DNA of 64,000 bases from an uncultured Gammaproteobacteria bacterium (lineage in GTDB: Bacteria; Patescibacteriota; Microgenomatia; CAYQLK01), in assembly GCA_964404855.1 (NCBI GenBank), contig CAYOLO010000001.1, positions 158,245 to 222,244 on the forward strand, given 5' to 3'. A program made the translations under genes and the position numbers. Shown here one piece after another: positions 44,029 through 53,760 of this stretch. The notes beneath the pieces are model-generated. The model searched no databases and was not told the origin of the DNA. It was given only the letters and a program-made list of their open reading frames with translations. Numbering within the stretch: the stretch's first letter is position 1; each line of letters begins with the position of its first letter.

Positions 44029-44988
44029 TTAGATCTGCAGGGCAAAGGCGGCCGGTTTGGGCTGCCAAAGCTGATGCATCGAACTCGAAGGGGAGCCGCG
44101 GGCGATGTTGCGGCCGTGTTCGGTGTTCGTGTTGCGGAGGAGTTCGGATTCGCCGGGGGTCGCTGCTGCGTTGTTGCGATGAACGGTGAAGACTGTGCCG
44201 GCGACGATCGGTGCGATGAGCGGATACGCGGATCCTGCTCCAAAGCGCTTGAGCGACGAAATCATGGCCGTTCCGGCTGAGGCGATGGCCCTTCGGAAAT
44301 ACGAGTTCGAGGTTCTGACGGCGCCGACGAATGTGATGAAGGCGGCGTGTAGTCGACCGAAGATCGCGCTGGTGACAGGATGCGTCTTGCGCGGGCTCGT
44401 CGTGGTGTTTTCGGCGGACAGCGTGTCGATGGCCTTGGCCACATGCGATGCACGTTTAAGGCCGAATCGTTTGCTTATCCCCGTGTCGTCGTCAAGTGAT
44501 GCCGAGTTGAAGAATGTGGTGCCGGCAAAACTTCGAGAACCCCTCGAGGTATGACGATGACCCATTTCTTGCCGTCGGATGTACCGAGGACTGGCGTTTT
44601 CAACGAGCGGGCCCATGTTGGCTACTCGCAGAAGGACCACGAAAGCGACCGTGACGGCGACGAATGCCCAGAGCTCCACAGGTCGGGACTGAGCGGTGGT
44701 GTTGCCGATGGTCGAGGCGACGGAGTCGGTGATGCCGAAGAAGACGTTCGCGACGTCGGTGACCGCACTGGTTGTGCTGCCGCGTATGTCGGGAAGGTTC
44801 GTATTCGGAGTCGAGAGGTCGTTGGTCGAAGGCGAGATTGCCTGCGAATCGACGGGCTCAGACAGGCTGGCTGCCGAAGCGCTCGACCATTCAGTCGCGA
44901 GCGTTACGAAGACGGCGAAGGCAGCGATGATGGCGATGAGCCACGCGATGCGTTTTCCGCCGACCGTTTGGGTAATTTCCCTGCTCAA
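44029..44988 (-). CDS. Hypothetical membrane protein encoded in an anomalously GC-rich (~60%) island
   Basis: 319 aa, longest ORF of an island (≈43780–45010) where all six frames are open. Two predicted TM helices (IAWLIAIIAAFAVFVTLA; LWAFVAVTVAFVVLL). No family recognised. Coding status uncertain. Confidence 0.3.
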   Translation of the reverse strand: MSREITQTVGGKRIAWLIAIIAAFAVFVTLATEWSSASAASLSEPVDSQAISPSTNDLSTPNTNLPDIRGSTTSAVTDVANVFFGITDSVASTIGNTTAQSRPVELWAFVAVTVAFVVLLRVANMGPLVENASPRYIRRQEMGHRHTSRGSRSFAGTTFFNSASLDDDTGISKRFGLKRASHVAKAIDTLSAENTTTSPRKTHPVTSAIFGRLHAAFITFVGAVRTSNSYFRRAIASAGTAMISSLKRFGAGSAYPLIAPIVAGTVFTVHRNNAAATPGESELLRNTNTEHGRNIARGSPSSSMHQLWQPKPAAFALQI

Positions 44989-45325
44989 TAGACTGGTCCT
45001 CCTTTTGTGAGGGAGTCTAGTTTTTAGACTTAAACCCTAATGTTTCAAGGGTCCAAGTCGTGTTGGTTGAAAATGAAAACTGGTCGGAACAAGTATCAGG
45101 TCTTTGTGGCTACCCTAAGATAGAGTAGTCCGAAATTCCTCCTTTTAATTGGAAAGGTACGACACTTTTCACTGGCTGTGAAATTGATGTCTAGCTAAAT
45201 TGTACACCCCGAATGCAAGTTTTTGGACTACTGTAATAAGATTGGTTGAAAAAGAAAGGATGTAAATACTCAAAATGGCTTCGTTTTTGGGTATTTTATG
45301 GTAATAGTGTGATATATTCCTAGTC

Positions 45326-47161
45326 ATGATTGACCAAGTTGATCAAGTAAAAGATAGGTCGGATATTGCTGAAATTATTGGCGGTTATGTACAGCTAAAA
45401 AGTGCAGGACGAAACATGAAAGGATTATGTCCGTTTCATGGCGAAAAAACACCGTCGTTTATGGTCAACCCCGAAAGAGGTACTTGGAAGTGTTTTGGTT
45501 GTGGGGAAGGTGGGGATGTTTTTACCTTTTTGGAAAAAATTGAAGGTCTAGATTTTGCGGAGGCTTTGGAAAAACTGGCTAAAAGAGCAGGGATTGTTTT
45601 AGAAAAAAAATTCAACGGACAAAAAGACAAACAGAAAGAGACATTGCTGGCTATTAATGAAGCGGCTAAGGATTTTTATCACAAAATTTTGCTTACACAT
45701 CCTGTTGCTCAAAAGTCTCGTGAATATCTTAAAGATAGAGGGTTAAAGGTCGACGATATTAAGACTTTTGAACTAGGTTATGCGCCTAATTCTTGGGATT
45801 CTTTATTCAATATGCTGGTCAAAAAAGGATTTAGTCAAGCAGATATTGCCATGTCGGGACTGGTAATAAGTAAAGACAGAGGTGGATTTTATGACAGGTT
45901 TAGAGGAAGAGTGATGTTTCCGATAAGAGATATTGCGGAAAGATTGGTTGGGTTTTCAGGGCGAACAATGATGAATGATCCAAAGGAAGCAAAGTATGTG
46001 AATACCCCAGAGACACCGATGTTTAGTAAGAGGAATTTGTTATACGGAATACATTTGTCTCGGCAGTTCGTGACCAAAGAAAATAGTGTGATTTTGGTCG
46101 AAGGGCAATTTGATATGGTTTCTTCGTTCCTGGCCGGAACAAAAAATGTCGTGGCTACAGGTGGTACGGCACTAACTGATGGGCAGTTGAGGGTGATAAA
46201 ACGATTAACTGAGAATGTTTTGATTTGTTTTGATTCTGATTCGGCTGGTGACGCTGCTTCTAGACGAGGTATTGAGATGGCAGAAAATGCAGGACTGGTT
46301 GTTAAGGTGGTAACTCTGGTTGGAGTTAAAGACCCTGATGAAATGGTAAGAACTAATTTGGCTGGATGGAAGGAAGCGATTAAAAATGCTCAAGGAGTGT
46401 ATGACTATTACATCGACTGGGCGTTTCGTAGTTATGACAGGACAACTAGCGAAGGTAAAAGAAAAATCGGTCAGGAATTGATGCCTGTTTTGACTGGGAT
46501 TAGTGATGAAATTGTTAAAAATCACTATGTGAAGATTGTGGCCGACAGGCTTGATACAACCGAAGATGTAATTATGCGAAGTATGAGTCAGGTTAAATCT
46601 AAGTCATTAGACTCTTTAACAGATTTTTCTAAGGTTGATGATTTGGCTAATAAAAAAATTGATGATGATATTGTTAATCACAAAGCAGGGCTCGAGGAAT
46701 ATTTTTTGGCACATTTATTACAGATTGGTGATTATTCCTGTGAGCTATCGATATGGCCAGAGGTAGGAGATATTAATGACACGGAGTTAAAACAAATATA
46801 TCAGGCATTAATTGAATATGAGCCATTTAGAAGTGCGGGGAAGTTTAAAAAAGTTGAAGACAAAAATGAATATTTTAATCAGTCGAGGTTTATTAGCAAC
46901 TTACCAGAAGAATTGGTTATTAGGGCGGACAAATTGTGTTTACTGGACTTATCAGAGGTGATTGATGAGCCTCATGCGTTTGGTAATTCGCTTGAAAAAT
47001 CAGCAATTAAGCTTTGTACGCTTGCATTAAAAACAAATTTGGATACAATAACACGACAGTTAAAAGAACTGGATGCTTCGGGTGGGGTGAAAGACCTAGC
47101 CATTCAAAGCCGGAAGTTTGCCAGATTATCTAAAAAACTAAGGTCAATGCAGAAAAGTTAA
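45326..47161 (+). CDS. dnaG: DNA primase
   Basis: 611 aa. CHC2 zinc finger CPFHGEKTPSFMVNPERGTWKCFGCGEGGDVFTFL and TOPRIM (ILVEGQFDMVS...DSDSAGDAA). Confidence 0.93.
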   Translation: MIDQVDQVKDRSDIAEIIGGYVQLKSAGRNMKGLCPFHGEKTPSFMVNPERGTWKCFGCGEGGDVFTFLEKIEGLDFAEALEKLAKRAGIVLEKKFNGQKDKQKETLLAINEAAKDFYHKILLTHPVAQKSREYLKDRGLKVDDIKTFELGYAPNSWDSLFNMLVKKGFSQADIAMSGLVISKDRGGFYDRFRGRVMFPIRDIAERLVGFSGRTMMNDPKEAKYVNTPETPMFSKRNLLYGIHLSRQFVTKENSVILVEGQFDMVSSFLAGTKNVVATGGTALTDGQLRVIKRLTENVLICFDSDSAGDAASRRGIEMAENAGLVVKVVTLVGVKDPDEMVRTNLAGWKEAIKNAQGVYDYYIDWAFRSYDRTTSEGKRKIGQELMPVLTGISDEIVKNHYVKIVADRLDTTEDVIMRSMSQVKSKSLDSLTDFSKVDDLANKKIDDDIVNHKAGLEEYFLAHLLQIGDYSCELSIWPEVGDINDTELKQIYQALIEYEPFRSAGKFKKVEDKNEYFNQSRFISNLPEELVIRADKLCLLDLSEVIDEPHAFGNSLEKSAIKLCTLALKTNLDTITRQLKELDASGGVKDLAIQSRKFARLSKKLRSMQKS

Positions 47162-47164
47162 ATT

Positions 47165-48373
47165 ATGCCGAAAATTTCCAAAACCACAGAAAAAAAAGCT
47201 CCAAAAACAAAAAAAGAAACAAAAGTTAAAGAAAAGCCAGTCAAAGTTTTAGCTGAGAAGAAAGTTAAAGAGCCAAAAGCTCTAAAGCCGGTTAAAATTC
47301 CGCGGACTGCTGCAGAAGAAAAACTGAAGTTGCAGATTCGTAAGTTGGTTAAAAAAGGTAAAGACAATGGGTATGTTACCCAGGACGAGATTTTTAAGGT
47401 TTTTGATAAACCAGAAGACCATATTAAAGATCTTGATCAGTTGTATGCCAAACTAATTGATTTGGGGGTAGATGTTTTTGACACCATAGAAAAAACAGAG
47501 GGTTCTGAAGAAAAATCAGACGAGGTGGTTGTATCTGAGGATTTGGGAGTATCTGATCCAGTTAGAATGTATTTGAGAGAAATCGGAAAAGTCCCACTAC
47601 TTAAATATGAAGAAGAAATTGAGCTTGCTAAAGCGATTGAGGCTGGTTCTGCCGCGGCTAAGCAAAAGTTAATTTCGTCTAATTTAAGACTAGTTGTTTC
47701 AATTGCTAAGAAATATGTTAATCGCGGACTAAGCCTATTAGACCTTATTGAAGAAGGGAATATTGGACTTATGAGAGCGGTTGATAAATTCGATTACAAA
47801 AGAGGATTTAAGTTTTCGACTTATGCCACTTGGTGGATTAGGCAGGCCATAACTAGAGCTATAGCTGACCAAGCTAGGACGATTCGTATTCCTGTACACA
47901 TGGTGGAAACGATCAATAAATACGGTCGTGTTAGTCGACGATTGATGCAGGATTTGGGTCGTGAGGCAACAGCTGAAGAGATAGCCAGAGAAATGGAAAT
48001 CGAAGTCGAAAAAGTAAGAGAGATTATCAAAGTCAGCCAAGAGCCAACTAGTTTGGAAAAACCTGTTGGAGAGGAAGAAGACTCGAGACTTGGGGACTTT
48101 ATTCCTGACGAGACAGCTTCGCCTGATCAGCAAGCATCAGCAGCGTTACTTAAAGAACATATTAGTGAAGTGTTTTCGACGCTGACTCCAAGAGAAGCTA
48201 AGGTTTTGGAGTATCGATTTGGTCTTGAGGACGGGAAACAGAGAACTTTAGAAGAAGTAGGTAAGGAGTTTGGAGTTACGCGTGAAAGAATTAGGCAAAT
48301 TGAAGCTAAGGCTATTAGAAAACTGAGACATCCGTCGCGGGCTAAGAAACTTCGCGACTATGCGGAGTTTTAG
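47165..48373 (+). CDS. rpoD: RNA polymerase primary sigma factor (sigma-70/SigA)
   Basis: 402 aa. Region 2 ([54 protein letters not shown]), region 3, region 4.2 ([30 protein letters not shown]). Classic dnaG-rpoD linkage. Confidence 0.93.
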   Translation: MPKISKTTEKKAPKTKKETKVKEKPVKVLAEKKVKEPKALKPVKIPRTAAEEKLKLQIRKLVKKGKDNGYVTQDEIFKVFDKPEDHIKDLDQLYAKLIDLGVDVFDTIEKTEGSEEKSDEVVVSEDLGVSDPVRMYLREIGKVPLLKYEEEIELAKAIEAGSAAAKQKLISSNLRLVVSIAKKYVNRGLSLLDLIEEGNIGLMRAVDKFDYKRGFKFSTYATWWIRQAITRAIADQARTIRIPVHMVETINKYGRVSRRLMQDLGREATAEEIAREMEIEVEKVREIIKVSQEPTSLEKPVGEEEDSRLGDFIPDETASPDQQASAALLKEHISEVFSTLTPREAKVLEYRFGLEDGKQRTLEEVGKEFGVTRERIRQIEAKAIRKLRHPSRAKKLRDYAEF

Positions 48374-48750
48374 ACGTATTTAGTTTTTTAGGGTTTTCTT
48401 TTCAAGAAACAAGGTTTTAAATTAATTTTAAAAATAATTTTTTATATTTCCTTCTTCACTTTTTGCTGAGTGGCGTAAGAATAAAACTCGGCCACTCATC
48501 AAGGTGAATTTTCTGACTTAGAAAAAGACTGTTTGTTTATTAGTTTTTTAAATAAAGGAATATCCGAAAATTCAAACCCGTTCAGAAGAAAATATGGGAT
48601 AAGAGAAGAAAAAAAAAGGTCAACAAAAGGAAAGTTTGGAATAAGGAATTTGGGCGAGAACATTAGTTTTAGGTTTCCAAACGCAGGCTTGTAGCTCAAA
48701 CTGACTGAGTAATGAGTTGACCGAAATTACGAAAGAATTTGAGCGAAAAC

Positions 48751-48987
48751 CTACTTTTCGGAGTTGAGGAGTTCTTGGGTTGGGTCGGTGATATTAATTG
48801 AGTTGAGTTCGCTATCCAAATCAGTTGGTTCGGTCGAGTTGGTTAGGGTGGGTTCAGTTGTTGGTTGTGTGACTTGACTAGAGTTGTCGGTAGAATTTTC
48901 CGTTGTAGTTTGTGTAGATTTGGTTGAGCATGCGGAGATAATTGCGGATGTAATAATTAGTGCGGTTAAAAGTTTTTTATTTTTCAT
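48751..48987 (-). CDS. Small lipoprotein, Thr/Ser-rich, hypothetical
   Basis: 78 aa. Lipobox AIISAC, followed by T/S/Q/E-rich low complexity. Confidence 0.4.
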   Translation of the reverse strand: MKNKKLLTALIITSAIISACSTKSTQTTTENSTDNSSQVTQPTTEPTLTNSTEPTDLDSELNSINITDPTQELLNSEK

Positions 48988-49649
48988 TACTGGTTTTTTG
49001 ATTTTTCAGTGTCATCTTTTTGAGTAGGTTCAGAGATTTTTTTGGCTTCATTGATAGCACTTCTTAGATTTTTTTGAGTTTCGACAAGTTTTTGGTGAGT
49101 ACTTCTTATTGATTCTTTAAGTTTAGGGAATTCTGTAGTGATATTGTCTTTGTCTATACCGCTTAGTATGTCGGTGGAGGTAGTAATGTTAATTAGCACT
49201 TCGGCTAATGAGTTTTGGGCTTTTGTTAGTTCTGCCTGAGCGCTACTGATATCTTTGCCGGCTGATTCTAGTTCTGTTAGTTTGGTTTGGATTCGGGTTA
49301 ATACATTGTTTAAATGGTCGGCGTGTTTGGTTTGGCGCTCAATTATTTGTTTGGCTACCTCAGTGCGTTTTTGTTGAAATTGAAGTCTAATTTCTTCTTT
49401 TTTTTCTTCAATATCAGCTTTTATTTCTTGTCGTTTTTCTTCGATTGAGGATTTAATTTCTTGTTTTTTTTCTAAAATATTTGATTTGATATTGAGACGT
49501 TTTGGCTGAACTTCGTGTTCTTCTGTTTCTTGAGAGCTAGTATTGGAAGTTGTTGGTTCGTGGTCTGCAAGCGCCACACTGGGCGAAAGTAATGAGGAAA
49601 TAGTAACGGCTGAAACAATAAGTTGTTTAAGCATATTTTGATTATACAA
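48987..49649 (-). CDS. Secreted coiled-coil protein, hypothetical
   Basis: 220 aa. Signal peptide ...LLSPSVALA|DHE, then E/K-rich heptad repeats (KQEIKSSIEEKRQEIKADIEEKKEEIRLQFQQKR). Confidence 0.5.
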   Translation of the reverse strand: MYNQNMLKQLIVSAVTISSLLSPSVALADHEPTTSNTSSQETEEHEVQPKRLNIKSNILEKKQEIKSSIEEKRQEIKADIEEKKEEIRLQFQQKRTEVAKQIIERQTKHADHLNNVLTRIQTKLTELESAGKDISSAQAELTKAQNSLAEVLINITTSTDILSGIDKDNITTEFPKLKESIRSTHQKLVETQKNLRSAINEAKKISEPTQKDDTEKSKNQ

Positions 49650-49729
49650 TTTTGTTTGGAAAAATGGCGTTTTGCAAAAGGATGTGAGAATGGTAAAATC
49701 TTGAAGCTAATTATCGTAATTAGTAATAG

Positions 49730-49804
49730 TCCTCGATAGCTCAACGGTAGAGCGCCCGCCTGTTAAGCGGTAGGTTCTAGGTTCGAATCCTAGTCGAGGA
49801 GCCA
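49730..49804 (+). tRNA. tRNA-Asn (anticodon GTT), CCA encoded
   Basis: TCCTCGATAGCTCAACGGTAGAGCGCCCGCCTGTTAAGCGGTAGGTTCTAGGTTCGAATCCTAGTCGAGGAGCCA. Anticodon loop CTGTTAA (U33, GTT, A37). T-loop TTCGAAT. Confidence 0.8.
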
Positions 49805-49823
49805 AAGTTGATAAAATAAGTCT

Positions 49824-50132
49824 ATGCTTAAAAAACCTTTTGTTTATGCTTTTGGCGCTTCAGGTTATATAGTTCTGGTTGGGATTTTTATTAACTTTGT
49901 ATCACATACCCAGAATAATAAGCCCGATACTTTTCTTGCTCCGATTACATTTTTGTCATTACTTACTTTGTCTGTTGCAGTAATGGCGTTTTTCTTTTTT
50001 TACCAACCCCTTCAGTTTTTTATTGATGGGAAGAAAAAGCAGGCAACAAGTTTTTTTGTTCAAACTCTAGTTATTTTTGCAGGAATTACTGTTGCAATTT
50101 TGGTTTTACTTTTTTCAGGCTTAATTAGGTAA
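49824..50132 (+). CDS. Three-TM membrane protein, hypothetical
   Basis: 102 aa, three hydrophobic helices. Confidence 0.4.
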   Translation: MLKKPFVYAFGASGYIVLVGIFINFVSHTQNNKPDTFLAPITFLSLLTLSVAVMAFFFFYQPLQFFIDGKKKQATSFFVQTLVIFAGITVAILVLLFSGLIR

Positions 50133-50222
50133 TAAAAAATTATTAGTTTAGATAGTGTTGAGTTAATAATCTTAGATATTTAATTTATTTCTTAGCAATA
50201 AAGTCTTTGTATAATTGTAGAT

Positions 50223-50702
50223 ATGAGCAGAGTTTTTGGGTTAATAGTTTTGCTTGGAATGGTTTTTGTTATTGGTGCGTGTGACCCAGCACAGGAACCG
50301 CCACCTGTTTCACGTGTAATTGATGGGTCAACTAGTTCTGCGCAAATAGTAAATGAAAGTGGCGTTAATTTGACGGCAAATTTTGAAATAGAAGCGGGAG
50401 GAATAAAACGAAATTTTAGTCGAGGAATGTACATGAATTTGTCGAAAGATGTTTATATTGAGAGCCCAGAATCAAGTAATGTAGTACATGTGAGAAAAGA
50501 GGGGGTAACTTGGAATGATTTTTTTAAGACCTTGCCAATGAGTTTGACAAAAGATTGTTTGATTACTGGTACTAAAGAAGAGTTTTGCTCTAATGAGACA
50601 AAAAAATTAAAGTTTTTTGTAAATGATTTGGAAAACCCAGATGCTTTGGGTGAAGTTATTAAGCAAGATGATAAATTGAGAGTAGTATATGGAGAAGAGT
50701 AA
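50223..50702 (+). CDS. Lipoprotein, hypothetical
   Basis: 159 aa. Signal peptide with lipobox VIGAC. Confidence 0.45.
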   Translation: MSRVFGLIVLLGMVFVIGACDPAQEPPPVSRVIDGSTSSAQIVNESGVNLTANFEIEAGGIKRNFSRGMYMNLSKDVYIESPESSNVVHVRKEGVTWNDFFKTLPMSLTKDCLITGTKEEFCSNETKKLKFFVNDLENPDALGEVIKQDDKLRVVYGEE

Positions 50703-50705
50703 AAA

Positions 50706-51458
50706 ATGAAGTACTTAATTGCGGTTGCGTTGGTTTTAATATTAGGCTTGGGAGGGTTTTTTCTTTGGAAATCTTTAAGCTCTGGTTCAGATATTAATAA
50801 AACGAGCGAAAAAAGTTCTACTTCTGACACAAAAGAAGTGAAGTTTTTGAATCCTAAAAAAAGTGCGCATTATGAGTCAAATACTCCTGCACATGGCGAA
50901 ATACTAGCCGGAACACCAATAGAGGTTGTTATTAATTTTAATTTTGATTTGGCTAACCTGTCCGAAATTAAAATAATTAAAGATAACGCGGAATATGGAG
51001 AGGGTGAAACATCAATCGATAACAACAAACTTACTATGCGTAGAGCAGTGAAGAATGATTTAGCTGATGGGGTTTATACAGTGGAGTATAAGGCTTGCTG
51101 GCCAGATGGAAGTTGTCATGATGGTAGTTTTCAGTTTGCTATTGATAAGGATCTTTCTGGTCTTTTTGAAGATCAAACTACCAAGAATGAGGTCGTGGTT
51201 AAGTTGTCATCAATTCGGTTTATGCCTCAAAATTTGAAAATAAGTGCTGGTTCTACTGTAAAGTGGATAAATGATGAGATAGTTGAGCATTATGTGAATA
51301 CTGATTCGCATCCAGCACATACTTACTTTTTGTCTCAAAATTCTAAGCTATTAAAAAATGGTGACGAGTTCGAACAGGTCTTTAGTGAGCCCGGCATATA
51401 TCCATATCATTGTTCGGCTCATGCCCAGACAATGAAAGGGTCGATATTAGTTATTTAG
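50706..51458 (+). CDS. Copper-binding fusion protein: CopC-like N-terminal domain + C-terminal cupredoxin (plastocyanin/azurin-like type-1 Cu site)
   Basis: N-terminal TM/signal, then HYESNTPAHGEILAGTPIEVVINFNFDL (CopC-like beta-sandwich starting with His). C-terminus ...EHYVNTDSHPAHTY...YPYHCSAHAQTMKGSILV gives the H...C..H..M blue-copper ligand set. Confidence 0.65.
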   Translation: MKYLIAVALVLILGLGGFFLWKSLSSGSDINKTSEKSSTSDTKEVKFLNPKKSAHYESNTPAHGEILAGTPIEVVINFNFDLANLSEIKIIKDNAEYGEGETSIDNNKLTMRRAVKNDLADGVYTVEYKACWPDGSCHDGSFQFAIDKDLSGLFEDQTTKNEVVVKLSSIRFMPQNLKISAGSTVKWINDEIVEHYVNTDSHPAHTYFLSQNSKLLKNGDEFEQVFSEPGIYPYHCSAHAQTMKGSILVI

Positions 51459-51473
51459 ACCAAGGTAATTGAT

Positions 51474-51800
51474 ATGGTAGAAAAAGAAGAAATTTGGGAT
51501 AAGTCGGGAAAAATTTTGCCAAAAAAAATTAATAATTTGAATCCTTCCGATGACGAAGTTTGGGAAGGGGAAGAGGCGGGTGCAAAGTTTATATTGACTC
51601 GTGATATTATGCCTGTTAATCCAGCAATGAGGACAATATATTCCTTGTCGGTATCAGGTGATTTGGACGGGCAAATCAAAGTGGTTGGTGATTTTGTTGA
51701 TGCTTTTGGAAAACCTGTGTGGAGGGAGCAAGCGGTGGAGATAGAAGGAGGCGAAATTGTTGTTTGGAACGGCGATAAAGTTGATCAAAAAAGAAAATAG
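51474..51800 (+). CDS. Hypothetical small soluble protein
   Basis: 108 aa. Start codon overlaps the 3' end region of the cupredoxin gene. Confidence 0.35.
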   Translation: MVEKEEIWDKSGKILPKKINNLNPSDDEVWEGEEAGAKFILTRDIMPVNPAMRTIYSLSVSGDLDGQIKVVGDFVDAFGKPVWREQAVEIEGGEIVVWNGDKVDQKRK

Positions 51801-51877
51801 TTTGCTTTTATTTCCATAATTTTCGATGTAGTATTGAGGTGTTAAGGAAACTTAAACGATTGGGGGTGAATGAATAG

Positions 51878-52081
51878 ATGAAAATGTTACATATGGTTGC
51901 ATTTGTACTTACAATAGTAGGAGCGGTTAACTGGGGTTTGGTGGGATTATTGGAATTCAATCTTGTTACAGCAGTTGTGGGCTCAATATCTGGTGCAGAA
52001 AAAATTATATATATTCTTGTTGGAGCTTCAGCAGTATATTTGTTGGTTACCCACAAGAAATATTGTACAGTTTGTAAGTAG
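51878..52081 (+). CDS. DUF378 family small membrane protein
   Basis: 67 aa. VAFVLTIVGAVNWGLVGLLEFNLVTAVVGSISGAEKIIYILVGASAVYLLV matches the DUF378 pattern (iGalNWGLvG...nlV..l.G......Y.lVGlsAv). Confidence 0.7.
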   Translation: MKMLHMVAFVLTIVGAVNWGLVGLLEFNLVTAVVGSISGAEKIIYILVGASAVYLLVTHKKYCTVCK

Positions 52082-52143
52082 GGACAAGACAGGTTTTTAA
52101 GGTTAATTAATTGTTAGACACTTAGTTGTGTTATGTTTTTTGT

Positions 52144-52671
52144 TTAATTTCCGCCGTTAATACCAAAAAGAATAGTGGATAAGTCAATATTGGCAAAATG
52201 CAGGTACCATTCATTCCAAAGTTTGTATGCAATTACAATAATCCAGATTATTTTCCAGTGTTTGAGGTATGTGGAGTATGCTTTTTTTTCGGATTTTTGT
52301 TTGAAAATTATTAATACATAAATAAGAAGTAGGGGCTCAAGGAGGTTTTGAAAATAAAAGAAAAATATTTCGTTTCTGGTTATAAAAAATAGTATTTGTC
52401 CAACTAGTCTGTAAACAAATAATACTAATACAGTTTTTTTGATTTGCCATCGCCATGCCAAAATTAGCATGAATATGTACGAGATTAGATCGGCTGATTT
52501 GTCGATGGTTTGATATAAATTGTCTGATAGTCCTAAGCTTTGTAGAAGGTCCCCGTCGATGATATCGAGTAAGTAATTACCCCATAAACCAAAGAGTGGA
52601 AAAACGAGCATAGATGCAGGAATAGCGAGTTTGAGAAAGATAATAAATATTTGGATTGGTGTAAAAATCAT
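52144..52671 (-). CDS. Polytopic membrane protein, hypothetical
   Basis: 175 aa, 4–5 TM helices. LDIIDGDLLQSLGLSDN weakly recalls CDP-alcohol phosphatidyltransferase D..DG motifs but is incomplete. Confidence 0.4.
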   Translation of the reverse strand: MIFTPIQIFIIFLKLAIPASMLVFPLFGLWGNYLLDIIDGDLLQSLGLSDNLYQTIDKSADLISYIFMLILAWRWQIKKTVLVLFVYRLVGQILFFITRNEIFFFYFQNLLEPLLLIYVLIIFKQKSEKKAYSTYLKHWKIIWIIVIAYKLWNEWYLHFANIDLSTILFGINGGN

Positions 52672-52679
52672 AGCTCTTT

Positions 52680-53711
52680 TTATTCAAAGGCCAGGTCTCG
52701 AATAGTGTTGTCGGATGATTGAGGGTCATTTGAGGCATAAATGGTTTTGATTCTTTCATAAACAATTTCGGAAATTTTACTTATTTGTTCCGACTGCTCA
52801 TTAAAGTCGTTACCTTTTGTCATAACGCAGAGAGAATAGGGATGGTTAGGAAAATAAATAATGCCACAGTCGTGGAGTTGTTTGAGGTTAGATCTTGAAC
52901 TTGTTCTTTCTCCAAACTTGTGGGCAACCCTGATGTCGTTTGGGATTGGTTTTCTGAGAGCTAATTTGAAATCGGATTTGGTAAGAATTCCTAAGGCTTT
53001 AGAACTAAGTTCGTCATTGAGATAGGTTGAGTTATAGAGAATTCGAAAAAAGGATGAGTAGGCACGTACGGTCATAAATTCCGCATCTGGGTTGTTTTCG
53101 GGCACATTGATACCAAGGTCAATATATGTTTGATTGGATATTGCCGGATCAAGATGTTGTTTGAGAAGGTAAGTTGCCTCATTATCGGAGTGAATAATCA
53201 TATATTCAATTAATTGTTCAATCGTATATTCATTGCCGATTTGTATATATTCTCTTGCAGTATAGAATTCGTGCTGGTTGAGGTTCATTGATTCGGTGTA
53301 AGCAAGTTTTGTATTGAGAAAGTTGGGATCCTTTTCTGCCTGTTTGAAATACGCCATCATCAGAGGGACTTTGAATAAACTTGCAGGTGAGAATGTAAGA
53401 TCTGAGTGAATGCCAAAAGATGTGCCGCCGTAGTTTAACTCTCTAAAGAAAATTCCGACTGGGGTGTGATCTGTGTGTTCATCATTCTTTGAGAGTAGGG
53501 CTTTTAAGTCTTGCTCAAGTAGTCCGATTTTTGGATCTGGTTTTTCTATTTCGAGATCAAAACCGTGGATTGGATTAATTAACTCTGAATCAATTATTTC
53601 TAGGGAAGTTTGAGGGGTATTGATTTGATTGGTTTTGGGCAAGAATTGACTGCCAACGAAAAGACCTATACCTGTGCAGGTAATTGCTAAAGCTATGCAG
53701 AAAATTTTCAT
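52680..53711 (-). CDS. Class A beta-lactamase-like serine hydrolase (secreted)
   Basis: 343 aa. Signal/TM anchor. SxxK motif (FSPASLFKV), SDN motif (IIHSDNEATY) and KxG-like (HKFGERT) in the right order and spacing for class A beta-lactamase/PBP-like folds. Confidence 0.65.
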   Translation of the reverse strand: MKIFCIALAITCTGIGLFVGSQFLPKTNQINTPQTSLEIIDSELINPIHGFDLEIEKPDPKIGLLEQDLKALLSKNDEHTDHTPVGIFFRELNYGGTSFGIHSDLTFSPASLFKVPLMMAYFKQAEKDPNFLNTKLAYTESMNLNQHEFYTAREYIQIGNEYTIEQLIEYMIIHSDNEATYLLKQHLDPAISNQTYIDLGINVPENNPDAEFMTVRAYSSFFRILYNSTYLNDELSSKALGILTKSDFKLALRKPIPNDIRVAHKFGERTSSRSNLKQLHDCGIIYFPNHPYSLCVMTKGNDFNEQSEQISKISEIVYERIKTIYASNDPQSSDNTIRDLAFE

Positions 53712-53760
53712 TCTTTGTTTATGGTTGAGATTATACCTTTAAATTGGTAACAATTTTTAT

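Noticed and set aside
44048-45010. Multiple plus-strand ORFs (95–146 aa) overlapping the minus-strand 319-aa ORF in the GC-rich island
   Set aside because: High-GC sequence lacks stop codons in all frames. Only the longest frame is tentatively kept, with low confidence.
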